Origin: Sumerlaeia bacterium
GTDB lineage: Bacteria; Sumerlaeota; Sumerlaeia; SLMS01; JAHLLQ01
Direction of reading: 5' to 3'
Length of the DNA: 59,279 nt
Assembly (NCBI GenBank): GCA_040219255.1
Contig: JAVJSW010000014.1
Location: 1-59,279, forward strand
In this document: piece after piece, positions 45,048 through 54,506 of the stretch
Position numbering within the stretch: the stretch's first letter is position 1
Layout of the letters: each line of letters opens with the position of its first letter
Translations under genes and position numbers: made by a program
The notes under the pieces: generated by a model
The model's database searches: none
Told to the model about the DNA's origin: nothing
Seen by the model: only the letters and a program-made list of their open reading frames with translations

Positions 45048-46577
45048 TTACTGGCGCGTGCGGTTCTCGCCGGGCAGGCGGTCGCGCAGGCGTGCGCGGG
45101 GGGATGCATCACCGGCTGCGGAGAGTTCGGGCTCCCATCGTTGGGCCAAGGTCTTCGAGTCCTCGGGGAAGAGAATGGCGGCGTAGGAGAGCAGGCGGAC
45201 TTTCTGGCGCGGGTTGAGGCCGGGTTCCTTCTCTCGGACAAAAGCCTGGAACTGTTCGCGGTGTGTCGAACTCTCCGGCGAGTTGGCGGCGGCCCAGGCG
45301 CCGATGGTGTCCTGAGTTTCCCGGGCCGAATTCAGGGCGGTCTGAGCCAGGAGAGCGGGCGGTGCGGGCAACCCGGCGTCCCACAGGATCTGGGCGCCGC
45401 GCTGGATGTCTTCGACGGTTGCCTGGCTGAGGTCTTCTTCCGGATGGGTGGGGGCGGAGACCGTTACAGTCTGCGGGGCCGCAGGAGGTAAGGGAGCGGG
45501 CGCGGGTTTCCCGAGCACGGCCCAGGCGCCGCCGGCGAGGGCGGCCAGCACGAACGTGGCGGCAAGGCGGGGAAACCAGGGGCTGCGCCGAGGCCGGGGG
45601 ATCGGGGTTTGAGGGAGCGGGAGCGCTGGTTCCTTAAGAGCGGGGAGCAGGACCCGAAGGTCGGCGACCGCCTCGGACCACTCGGCATAGCGCTCGTCCG
45701 GGTCTTTGGCGGTCAATTTCTTGAGAAGGCGAACGAGGCCACCGTCGGCGACGGTCTCCCAGGTGCTGGGGATGGGCAGCGGTGTGTTGGCGTGGTGATA
45801 GAGGACCTTCAGAGGGGTTTGGCGGGCGTAGGGGGCGTGACCGGCGAGAAGGGAGAAGAAAGTGCAGCCGAGAGAGTACATGTCGGACCGTGCGTCGGCC
45901 GGGCCGCCATAGGCCTGCTCGGGAGCCATGTAGGCGGGTGTGCCGACGAGGGTGCCGGACTGCGTCAGGCCGCTGTCCAGGTCGAGGCGCTTGGCGAGGC
46001 CGAAGTCCATAATTTTGAGAGTTCCATCCTCGCAGAGGAACAGATTGGCGGGTTTGATGTCGCGATGGATGACGTGGCGGGAGGCGGCGTAGGCAAGGCC
46101 CTCGGCGGCGGTAAGGATGAGGCGGAGGGCTTCGCGCGGTTCCATCGGGCCGGTGGCGCGAATCCGTTGCGAGAGGTCCTGGCCCGTAAGGAATTCCATG
46201 GCGATGAACGGCAGCCCCTGGGCTTCGCCGAGACTGTAGACGTTGGCGATGGCGGGATGGCTGAGGCGGGCGGCGGCGCGGGCTTCGGTGCGCATGCGCT
46301 CGGCGAGGACCGGATAGCGGGCGACGCGGGGCGAGATGATCTTGAGCGCGACGGTACGTTCAAGGGTTTCGTCCCAGGCCGCGAAGACGCAGCCCATGCC
46401 TCCCGAGCCGACCGGGCGGAGCAGGCGGAAGTTGCCGAAGCGGGCGGGAAAATGACTGCCATCGCCAAAGGGATTCTCGGATGAATCGAGAGGGCTGGTG
46501 AGTTCAGCATCGTCCCATTGGGTATCGATAGGGGACGATATGGAACGGCCGGGGGCGGTCGGGACGTGATGGTTCAT
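45048..46577 (-). CDS. Hanks-type Ser/Thr protein kinase, membrane-anchored
   Basis: GSGGMG, VALK, HRDIKPAN, DFGLAK, GTPAYMAPEQ, one TM. Confidence 0.95.
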   Translation of the reverse strand: MNHHVPTAPGRSISSPIDTQWDDAELTSPLDSSENPFGDGSHFPARFGNFRLLRPVGSGGMGCVFAAWDETLERTVALKIISPRVARYPVLAERMRTEARAAARLSHPAIANVYSLGEAQGLPFIAMEFLTGQDLSQRIRATGPMEPREALRLILTAAEGLAYAASRHVIHRDIKPANLFLCEDGTLKIMDFGLAKRLDLDSGLTQSGTLVGTPAYMAPEQAYGGPADARSDMYSLGCTFFSLLAGHAPYARQTPLKVLYHHANTPLPIPSTWETVADGGLVRLLKKLTAKDPDERYAEWSEAVADLRVLLPALKEPALPLPQTPIPRPRRSPWFPRLAATFVLAALAGGAWAVLGKPAPAPLPPAAPQTVTVSAPTHPEEDLSQATVEDIQRGAQILWDAGLPAPPALLAQTALNSARETQDTIGAWAAANSPESSTHREQFQAFVREKEPGLNPRQKVRLLSYAAILFPEDSKTLAQRWEPELSAAGDASPRARLRDRLPGENRTRQ

Positions 46578-46772
46578 GGGGAAAAAGCCTCCAATCCGGG
46601 GATTCCGGGACGAGCGGGTCTCACAGGGAAAGGAAGAGAGGAAGAACGGTGCCATCGAGCGAGAAAAAAATCCCCCTTTTCAAGCGGACGGGGATTGGCA
46701 TAGGAGTTTTCCACAGGCAGACACGTTCCCCATTCCAAGTTCCCGTTGTGGCCTGCGAGAAGATCTGGACCG

Positions 46773-47528
46773 ATGAACCCAAACGACTTAGAGAGTTACC
46801 TGTCCGCCACGCTGGGCCGCCCGGTGGCGCTGCGGATCAATACGAACAAGCGGTCGATCGTGAGCAGCCGGGCGGGCTCGCGGAGCCGCGAACTCCGGGC
46901 GAGCATCCACCGGCTGTTCCTGGACGCGCCGTTGCCGGTCCTGTCTGCGCTGGCGGATTTCTTGAGGAATCCGGGGCCGGAGAGCCGGGCGGTGCTGCGC
47001 GAATACTTCACCGATTGGGAACAACGCCAGCCCCAGCCTTCGGCGCCAGTGACGCGGGGGCTGCGGCGGGGCGAGACGGCGCGGGGCCGTTTTGTGGACC
47101 TGAAGCCGAGGGCGGCGGCGATCGGCCGGGATTACTTCGGGGGCGGGCTGGATTTCGACATTTGCTGGGGCAAACCGTGGACGCCGCGACGCGGCCAGAG
47201 CACGATCCGCCTGGGGGTGTGGGTGCCGGACCGGCGGTTGGTGCGGATTCACCGGGCGCTGGATTCGCCGTTCGTGCCGGATTTTTTCCGCGATTATGTG
47301 ATCTACCACGAACTTTGTCACGCGGCCCTGCCCAGCCGGCGCGACCGCGCCACAGGCCGCATGCTGCACCACACGGAAGCCTTCTACGCTCTCGAACGCC
47401 AGTTCCGCCATTATGAGGAAGCGATCCGCTGGCAGGAGCAGAACCTGGACCGGCTGCTGCGTGGGAAGTTGGAGATGGCGGTGAAGGGGCAGAGCGGAAG
47501 TCTTCAGATTCAGCGGGCTGGCTCGTGA
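46773..47528 (+). CDS. SprT/YgjP-like zinc metalloprotease
   Basis: IRLG, IHRALD, YVIYHELCH, HHTEAFYALE. Confidence 0.8.
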   Translation: MNPNDLESYLSATLGRPVALRINTNKRSIVSSRAGSRSRELRASIHRLFLDAPLPVLSALADFLRNPGPESRAVLREYFTDWEQRQPQPSAPVTRGLRRGETARGRFVDLKPRAAAIGRDYFGGGLDFDICWGKPWTPRRGQSTIRLGVWVPDRRLVRIHRALDSPFVPDFFRDYVIYHELCHAALPSRRDRATGRMLHHTEAFYALERQFRHYEEAIRWQEQNLDRLLRGKLEMAVKGQSGSLQIQRAGS

Positions 47529-47546
47529 CAGAGCGGGGCCCGGCTT

Positions 47547-48335
47547 TTACTCCCCGCCCAACGCGTTGAACACGCCGCCGAGGACCGAGCCTTCGCCCTG
47601 GGACTTGCCGCCGCCTTGGGGGGCGGCTTTGAAGATGCGGCCGGCGAGGCGGCTGAACGGCAGCGATTGCATGAACACGCGCCCGGGCCCACGCATGATG
47701 GCCAGGAAGAGGCCTTCGCCTCCGAAGAAGGCGGATTTGAGTTTCTGCATTTCGATGTCGTACTGCACCGATTCCTGGAACGCGACGAGACAGCCGGTGT
47801 CGAGGCGCAGGACCTCGTTGGGGCCCAGGTCTTTGTGGTGGATCGTGCCGCCGGCGTGGATAAAGGCGAGGCCGTCGCCTTCGAGTTTCTGGAGGATGAA
47901 ACCTTCGCCGCCGAAGAGGCCGGCGCCGAAGCGCTTGTTGAACGCGAGGCCGACGTTGATGCCGTCGGCGCTGCAAAGGTAACTGTCCTTCTGGCAGAGC
48001 ATGGTGCCGTACTGAGCGAGGTCGAGGGGGACGATCTTGCCCGGATAGGGTGCGGCGAAGGCGACGATTTGCTTGCCCGCGCCCCGATTGGTGAAGGTGG
48101 CGAGGAAAAGCGATTCGCCGGTGGCGAGGCGTTTGGCGCCGCTCATCAGTTTGCCCATGAGGCCCTTGTTCTGGTCCTCGGGGTTGCCAAATCGGGTTTC
48201 GGCCACGATGCCTTGCTCCATGTACATCATGGCGCCGGCTTCGGAGATGACGGTTTCGCCCGGGTCGAGGATGATTTCCACGAACTGCATTTCCGAGCCG
48301 TGCAGGTTGTATTCGATTTCATGTGCTCTTGGCAT
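47547..48335 (-). CDS. AIM24 / TIGR00266 family protein
   Basis: MQFVEIILDPGETVISEAGAM, TGESLF, FGGEGFILQKLEGDG, QSLPFSRLA. Confidence 0.92.
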   Translation of the reverse strand: MPRAHEIEYNLHGSEMQFVEIILDPGETVISEAGAMMYMEQGIVAETRFGNPEDQNKGLMGKLMSGAKRLATGESLFLATFTNRGAGKQIVAFAAPYPGKIVPLDLAQYGTMLCQKDSYLCSADGINVGLAFNKRFGAGLFGGEGFILQKLEGDGLAFIHAGGTIHHKDLGPNEVLRLDTGCLVAFQESVQYDIEMQKLKSAFFGGEGLFLAIMRGPGRVFMQSLPFSRLAGRIFKAAPQGGGKSQGEGSVLGGVFNALGGE

Positions 48336-48421
48336 GTGTTGAGCCTCCGCGCGAGAGAAAGAATGTCGCAGCCCTTTTAGGACCGGTCCGGGTTGCGGAC
48401 CAAGCTCTTTTCCCTCCCGGT

Positions 48422-49300
48422 TCAGTAGAGATCCCAATGAGGGACGGAGGTCGTCGTTTCGTTTTGCAGCGGCACCGCTTCGGCGACCGCTCCGGAATCG
48501 GCGCGAAGCGCGACGGGAGCGCCCGCGGCCGGGGGCGTTGGCAGGGCGAAGCGGACGAGGCGGTCGGTCCATTCGAGGACGGTGCCGTCGACTTCCGACC
48601 CATTGACGAGGACGGCGCCGGTGCCCTGGGAGTTGCCGAAGCGGTAGCCTTTGACGCGAAGTTCGATCGGCGCCGCCGCCTGCTTGGCGGGAACGGCGAG
48701 GCGGGCGCTGGAGATGGCCAGTTCGGTGACGGCGCCGCCGAAGCGGGCGACGATGTCGTCACCGCTGACGGTGCCGTCGGGGCCGAGGCTAACGATGGCG
48801 TAGCGGTCGAAGTCGTCGCCGTAGAGGTCGAGGGAAACGGTCCCGGAACGCGGCACCGCCAGCCCCAGCGGCGTGAAGAAGTAGTAGGGCTCGCCCCAGG
48901 GATCGAGGGGCGAGCCTTCATCGTAGGGGTCGGTGGGGCCGGTGACGTCGTCATTGGTGAAGGCGGTCAGGTAGGGGCCCTGCCATCCGGAGAAGGGATC
49001 GAAGGGGTCGGGCTGGAGAATCACCCGTGAGGGTTCGAAGCGGCCGGCGGCGGGGCGGAGCACGAGGGCGCCCCCATCGAAGTTGATCCAATCGAACTCG
49101 TAAGTGTCGGTGGGGCCAGGCAGATCGTCGAGGTTTTCGATGGTCGTGTAGGTACCGGTGTCGATGGCGACCTGCTCCATGGCGCCGGCGATGTTGGCGG
49201 TTTCGACGATGGCGGCGGTGACGCTGGCGGATTGGGCGCTGGCGCAGACCGGCGCCGCCAGAAACACCATAGCGGAAGCGATTGCGGGAAGTGACCTCAC
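48422..49300 (-). CDS. Secreted protein with GspG-like pseudopilin head plus IPT/TIG-like domain, ending SVPHWDLY
   Basis: Sec-type signal (start uncertain), WQGPYL, PLDPWGEPY, SLGPDG...DDI, then VKGYRFGNSQGTGAVLV...WTD. Confidence 0.8.
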   Translation of the reverse strand: MRSLPAIASAMVFLAAPVCASAQSASVTAAIVETANIAGAMEQVAIDTGTYTTIENLDDLPGPTDTYEFDWINFDGGALVLRPAAGRFEPSRVILQPDPFDPFSGWQGPYLTAFTNDDVTGPTDPYDEGSPLDPWGEPYYFFTPLGLAVPRSGTVSLDLYGDDFDRYAIVSLGPDGTVSGDDIVARFGGAVTELAISSARLAVPAKQAAAPIELRVKGYRFGNSQGTGAVLVNGSEVDGTVLEWTDRLVRFALPTPPAAGAPVALRADSGAVAEAVPLQNETTTSVPHWDLY

Positions 49301-49390
49301 GAGTGCTCGACACCCCAAAAAAAAATCCGGAGACCGGCCCGGTCCCTGGATTCAGGGGTTAGCAAAGATGTGGCCTCTCTGGCAATCGGA

Positions 49391-49738
49391 TCAGTCGCCG
49401 ACGCCGGCGCCGCGCTTGTTGGTGTCGTCGAGGAGGCGGCGCTCGAGGGGGGACTGGCGGAGGCGGTTGACGGTGGCGTAGTAGGGCTTTTTCTTGATGC
49501 TGTGGATGGCGACGTCGATGTGGCGGCTCATGGGGTGGACGCCTTCGACGCGGCGGGGCTGCTCGGTGAGGCCGAGAGCGTTGCGCTTGAGGTAATGATC
49601 GAGGGTGGCGTCGGGGTCGTCGGAGAAGACCGAGATCAACTGGCCCAGGTTACAAGTGCCGGTCCAGACGACGACGCGATAAACCACGCCGTCGTACTGC
49701 TCGTCGATTTTCTTGTTTCCCATGAGGGTCATTTTCAT
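49391..49738 (-). CDS. Hypothetical protein
   Basis: 115-aa ORF with host-like codon usage filling the gap. Confidence 0.65.
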   Translation of the reverse strand: MKMTLMGNKKIDEQYDGVVYRVVVWTGTCNLGQLISVFSDDPDATLDHYLKRNALGLTEQPRRVEGVHPMSRHIDVAIHSIKKKPYYATVNRLRQSPLERRLLDDTNKRGAGVGD

Positions 49739-49858
49739 GGTGCGCGTTCACCCTTTTGGCGGAGGACGTTCGCCGCGGGACCGGGAGTTATCCGGAAGGG
49801 CGCGGCGGGGCGGAGTATGGGAAACCGGTCTCTCGGCGAACAAGGGGAAAAACGCGGG

Positions 49859-50557
49859 TTACCAGGTCCAGGAGCGTTCCATGGCGATCTGGGATGGATC
49901 GACGAGTTCGGGAACGTCGGCGGAGTACTCGAAGTGGATGGGGACGCTGATGGTGAACGCTTCGAGTTGGTCGTGCTCGGCGGCGGCCAGATCGGTGCCG
50001 CCGGAGGTTTGCAGGACCGAGCCGGAGGCGGGATCGGCGGATTGGCCGGATTCGGCGGGCAGGAGGCGGATTTCCCGCACGGCGACCGCCCGGTAGGTGG
50101 AAGTGGAGGAGAAGGCGGGCTGCCAGTCTTCCCCGTAGGTTTCGCGGAGTTGGGTGAGCGCGATGGTCTCGACGGTGTCGAGAATCATGGGGATGCTTTC
50201 TTCCGGCGCGGAGAGTTCCAGGGCGAGGAGCTGATAGTCCCGGTCGGCACGGGCTACCGGCTGGGTGGGGGAAAGTTCGACGAAGCCGGCTTCGCTCTCG
50301 ACAGCGAGACGAGTGAGGCGCAGGAGGCGGGCCGGCTGGGTGCACTGAACTTCGATGACGGCGGTGGCGGCGCGGTCTTCAGAGGCGGTGGAGTCGGCCG
50401 GCTCGTCGGGAACGAGGCCGCCGGCGTGAGTTGTTTCTACGAAACGGGGAGGGAGTGCCCAGGGACCGTTGTCACTGGCGATAGGGGCAGCGAAAGCAAC
50501 GGGAGCGAGAAGGCAGGTTGCCAATGAAAGGTGGAGAATCGGACGTGGGAAAAACAT
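49859..50557 (-). CDS. Hypothetical secreted protein
   Basis: Signal-peptide-like MFFPRPILHLSLATCLLAPVAFA; 232 aa. Confidence 0.65.
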   Translation of the reverse strand: MFFPRPILHLSLATCLLAPVAFAAPIASDNGPWALPPRFVETTHAGGLVPDEPADSTASEDRAATAVIEVQCTQPARLLRLTRLAVESEAGFVELSPTQPVARADRDYQLLALELSAPEESIPMILDTVETIALTQLRETYGEDWQPAFSSTSTYRAVAVREIRLLPAESGQSADPASGSVLQTSGGTDLAAAEHDQLEAFTISVPIHFEYSADVPELVDPSQIAMERSWTW

Positions 50558-50725
50558 GAGTGCGTACCCTCGGTCGGGCTCATTCTTCAGATGTCGAAAA
50601 AGAATGGTCGATTCCGAGTTGAGCAAAAGCTTGGCCCAATGTCACCACAAAACGGTCCATAAAATCGATCGGAGGTTGTAAACCGTTCCAGGTTTGAAAT
50701 CCAATGCTCAAATGCGAAGCTGAGG

Positions 50726-52447
50726 TTAATCGGCGGCGAAAGGCTCTTGCCGCGGCTCCAAGGCCTCCAGCATTCCCGAGACCTCTTGTCCCAGTTCGTC
50801 CGAGCCCCAATCCCCGGGGAGCCCGATGGTGCCTTCGTAGCTGGGAATGGCGGGGGCGTATCCTTCCACCAACTGCAAGGCCAGTTCCCGCTCCACCTGG
50901 GGCAGGAGTTGGAGCGATCGTTTGGCGGCGGGCGTTTCGGGGAAATGACGCACGATGGTGTCGAGGGTTTGCCACGCTTCGCCGCTGCGGCCGAGGAAGA
51001 AAGCGCGCTGGGCCATTTGGAAGAAAGCTTCGGCCTGGTAAGGGCGGCGCTCGCGCTCGATCACCTTTTCCTGCCGCGCGGCTTCGGCCAATTTCCTGGC
51101 ACGTTCCACGATAGGGGACTCGCGGTCGGGATCTAAATCCATTCGATTACAGAGATTGATGGTTTCGTCCATTAATCCCTGTTCAAAAGCAGCCACCGCT
51201 TGGTCAAAAAGATCCAGATCGCGTCGCGATTTGATCAGTTCCGCCTGCTCATCCGCCAAATCCTTCAGCGAATCGTTCTTCTGCAAGTCCTCCAGCAGGG
51301 TCAGCGCTTCCTCATACAGCCCATCGCCGGCCGCTTCCTGAGCCAGTTCGAAGAGCCCGACGGGGTCGGAGAATTCGAGTTCTTCGCGCCGCAGGAAGAA
51401 TCGTGATCGGAGATGCAGGGTCTGGAGGCTTTCCGGGCGCAGGCCCTCGGGAACGGCGGAGACGAGTTCCAGGGCCCGCGCCGCGTCGCCCTGGCGAAGG
51501 GCCAACCGGGCCTCGATTTCGATCAGTTCGTGCAGGGCCGCGTAGCCCTCGACCGGCATTCGAGGAATGACGTCGCGGGTGAGCCAGTGGCGGGCTTGTT
51601 CGAAGGCGGTGGCGTTGGCGGCCCAGACCACCATCTGGCGCAGCACGACCCGCGTGCGATTGCGCGCGGTGGCGGGAGCGAGGGGATAGAGGTCCGCGGC
51701 CAGGACGCGAAGCGCCTCGCCGTAGTCCTGGCGGTCGCGCGCGGCGGCGGCGGCGGCCAAGTGGGCCATTGCGGCCTGGCGCGAGGCGCCCTCGGGTTCG
51801 ATGCGCCGAAGCCACTCGATCTGGCGCAGCGCCTCCTCGTATTCTCCCGCCAGGACGAATTCCCGGATCGAACGCCGCAGGGCACCCCGTGAGAAGTCGG
51901 ACAGGCGCGGGTCGGATGCGACTTTTTCCGGATCGAGAGTGAAGAGGAGTTCGGACGCGGAGCCATCGGCGCCCAACATCACGAGCCCCCGCGCGAGCGC
52001 CAGAGTTCCCGAAGTCTCGGTCACGCCCAGTTCCCCCAAGTCCCGCAGAGCCTCGATGGCCTGGGCAGCGGGGCCCGGGCCGGCCTTGCGCGCCTCGCGC
52101 AGGATCGCCCCCTCGCTTTCCCAAACCGCCCGGTCCATCGCCTCCGGCGCGGCCCCGCCGACCCGGGCCGAGTCAATTGCCGCCAGAGCCTGGTCGAAGC
52201 GGCCGCGGGCAAAAGCGTGGCGGGCCTCCTTCAGCGCGTTCTCCGCCCCCCCCTCGCGCTCGATTTTCGCGATCGCCGACCGCGAAAGCGTCACCTGACC
52301 CGAGGGCAATTGCAGGACGACGCGCGAATCCGTCTCATGACGGATCACGCCGTCGAGACGATTGCCGTTTCGCAACACCACCGTGTCCGCCACGGCAGAG
52401 CCAGCCAAGCCCATCACCATCGCCGCCAGCGCCAGGCGCCGGGCCAC
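50726..52447 (-). CDS. Secreted TPR-repeat protein (start uncertain)
   Basis: Signal peptide, ADTVVLRNGNRLDG small beta domain, helical repeats, FPETPAA. Confidence 0.8.
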   Translation of the reverse strand: MARRLALAAMVMGLAGSAVADTVVLRNGNRLDGVIRHETDSRVVLQLPSGQVTLSRSAIAKIEREGGAENALKEARHAFARGRFDQALAAIDSARVGGAAPEAMDRAVWESEGAILREARKAGPGPAAQAIEALRDLGELGVTETSGTLALARGLVMLGADGSASELLFTLDPEKVASDPRLSDFSRGALRRSIREFVLAGEYEEALRQIEWLRRIEPEGASRQAAMAHLAAAAAARDRQDYGEALRVLAADLYPLAPATARNRTRVVLRQMVVWAANATAFEQARHWLTRDVIPRMPVEGYAALHELIEIEARLALRQGDAARALELVSAVPEGLRPESLQTLHLRSRFFLRREELEFSDPVGLFELAQEAAGDGLYEEALTLLEDLQKNDSLKDLADEQAELIKSRRDLDLFDQAVAAFEQGLMDETINLCNRMDLDPDRESPIVERARKLAEAARQEKVIERERRPYQAEAFFQMAQRAFFLGRSGEAWQTLDTIVRHFPETPAAKRSLQLLPQVERELALQLVEGYAPAIPSYEGTIGLPGDWGSDELGQEVSGMLEALEPRQEPFAAD

Positions 52448-52652
52448 TTCCCATCGTCTCGAACTAAGCACCTCGATTCGCCGCCCCTCTCCGCAGGTTC
52501 CGTCTCCCCTCATCCCCCCATCGGACCACACCCGGCAAGCCCCAAAGGAGGAAAGGGCATTGGAAGAAAAAATCCGCCGATTGCCACTTGACATGGAGCG
52601 ATCCCTCTGCTCCCCTCTTCCTCCGCTTGGCGAGAGATCGCCACGCCAGCCG

Positions 52653-52730
<78 letters not shown>

Positions 52731-52758
52731 TTTTTCTTCCTTGAATTTGTTAGAGTTA

Positions 52759-52795
52759 GCCTGCCGCCACAACTTGGCGGCGGCTTTCCTTTTTT
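52759..52795 (+). terminator. Intrinsic terminator-like hairpin downstream of the tRNA
   Basis: gccgcca-caact-tggcggc stem followed by a T-rich tract. Confidence 0.6.
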
Positions 52796-53004
52796 GGCGG
52801 CGTTGCAAAACTTTGCAAAACTCCGGGAGTGACCGGCCTCTACTTTTGGGGTTTGAGCACCCCGTCCTGTCGACCCGTCTATCGACCGTCGCGAGCCTAT
52901 TCCGTCCCCAATTACAGCTCGCCGAGAGAATTCTGGGCCCGGGACTTTTGCGCGTTTTTGACAAAAGCAGGAGGAGGAGTGAGGCCGCTGCTGACCATCC
53001 CAGG

Positions 53005-53049
53005 TCCGGTTGGCCCGGTTGGTCAGGTTGGTTAGGTTGGTCAGGTGGA
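53005..53049 (+). repeat. Five tandem 9-bp units ((t/c)(c/t)(a/c)ggttgg; last unit degenerate)
   Basis: tccggttgg cccggttgg tcaggttgg ttaggttgg tcaggtgga, just past the integrase stop. Confidence 0.75.
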
Positions 53050-53068
53050 TCGGGGATGCGAAGGGAAC

Positions 53069-54256
53069 TCAGTCGGATTCCTTAGCTGCTTCATGCGCCT
53101 GCAGCGCGGCTTCGATTGGACTCACCACCCGCTCCCGGAGAACGGCCATCTTCTCGTCCAGATCTTGCCGTTCACCTTTCGTTGCTGTGGTCAACCGGCA
53201 GACGTAGTGGCGCGCGGTGACGCTCTGGGGGGCGTGGCCGACGTACTGTTCCCAGACATCGTTGCGAATTCCCTTCTGGCTGGCGAAGGTGGGAAGGGCA
53301 TTGCGCAGATCTTTAGGGCTCCAATCGAGGTCCGGATTGAACTCGCGGATGGCGGAGCGTACCTGGCTGCTGTAGCCAGTATATTCTGTATAAGGGCCAC
53401 CGAGTTTGCCAACGACGACCGTGTCTTTGACGTTCTGGACCTTAGTGCGGCGTTTTCGTTCGAGTTGCAGGGCCCTCGCGCGGTGAAGAGCGTCCAGGAG
53501 GCGGGAGCAGACGGGAATGACGCGGTTGCGGTACTCGTTCTTGGTCTTGCCGGAGACTTCGATGAGACCGCGCTCGAGATCGACTTTGTCCCATGTGAGC
53601 CGGAGAGCTTCCTGGAGTTGGAGGCCAGCCAGTCCCTGGAGCGCGGGTCCGGCCTCAAGCCACCCGCGATGATCCGCAAGCCAGTCGAGAAAGTCGGCAA
53701 CGTCGGTCAGATAGACGCTCGCCGGGGGATTGACCGTCTTGGAACTGATTCCGAGATTTGTGGCGATATCAGGCAGCCCATACTCGGCGGCCATGTAGGA
53801 GGAAGTCTGGATAATTGGCTGAAGATAAAGGCGCTGAGTATTTGGAGCCTTGTCCTTGTGAAGATCTGCGTACTCTCGGATGATCGAACGGGACAGGTCT
53901 TGCCACTGGGTGGCCGAGGGATGCTTCTCGCCCAACCAATCCAGAAAACGTTCCCATGCCGAGAGCCAGTCTTTGGTGGCTTTCTCACCCCGGCGGGACC
54001 GATCAAAGGTCTCATTGGCGGCATCGACCACACTGGGGCCCAACTCCTCTTCTTCTGGATCGGGAAGCCCGGCGATCTTCAGAGCTTCGGCTTTGGCATT
54101 CTCAAGCGTATCCGCATCAAATTGCCGTCTTCGATATTTGGCGTAACTCCCGAGCCTGACTTGCCAGAGGTGTTCTCTTTTTTTGCTCTTGTACAGATTG
54201 AACTTTGGCTCTTTGAGTACAAGTGTCCATCTTTTCGACGTGTTTGGTCTTGGCAT
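53069..54256 (-). CDS. Tyrosine recombinase / phage-type integrase with atypical catalytic motifs
   Basis: AGLQLQEALRLTWDKVDL, KTKN..R.IP, KDLR, VGH....VTARHY. Confidence 0.88.
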   Translation of the reverse strand: MPRPNTSKRWTLVLKEPKFNLYKSKKREHLWQVRLGSYAKYRRRQFDADTLENAKAEALKIAGLPDPEEEELGPSVVDAANETFDRSRRGEKATKDWLSAWERFLDWLGEKHPSATQWQDLSRSIIREYADLHKDKAPNTQRLYLQPIIQTSSYMAAEYGLPDIATNLGISSKTVNPPASVYLTDVADFLDWLADHRGWLEAGPALQGLAGLQLQEALRLTWDKVDLERGLIEVSGKTKNEYRNRVIPVCSRLLDALHRARALQLERKRRTKVQNVKDTVVVGKLGGPYTEYTGYSSQVRSAIREFNPDLDWSPKDLRNALPTFASQKGIRNDVWEQYVGHAPQSVTARHYVCRLTTATKGERQDLDEKMAVLRERVVSPIEAALQAHEAAKESD

Positions 54257-54506
54257 CTTCTTCGTCCTTCGTTGTGTGTTTCTGTGGTCTTTTCTCAGAT
54301 CGTTCTCTTCCTACGCCTTCGATTGCCTGGAGCACTGTTTTCCCCAGGTAGAATCCTCCTACAGAGACCGCTCCGTGCTTTCTCAGTTCTTGCATAGTGT
54401 GGCCGCAAAAAATCTTGGTAATATCCTTGCATCGATATAGGCCATTCGGATGGATCAGAATGGCGGGAATGTGCGCGTTGCCGTCGGAAGTGCCACATTC
54501 TGTCAT
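54117..54506 (-). CDS. Putative excisionase-like small DNA-binding protein
   Basis: GAGGAG RBS, GLYRCKDITKIF...LRKHG...FYLGKTVLQAI, directly upstream of and overlapping the integrase. Confidence 0.45.
   Translation of the reverse strand: MTECGTSDGNAHIPAILIHPNGLYRCKDITKIFCGHTMQELRKHGAVSVGGFYLGKTVLQAIEGVGRERSEKRPQKHTTKDEEDAKTKHVEKMDTCTQRAKVQSVQEQKKRTPLASQARELRQISKTAI

Noticed and set aside
49859-49890. C-terminus ...MERSWTW as a fourth example of the sorting motif
   Set aside because: The spacing does not fit S-[VL]-x-x-W-x-x-[YF].
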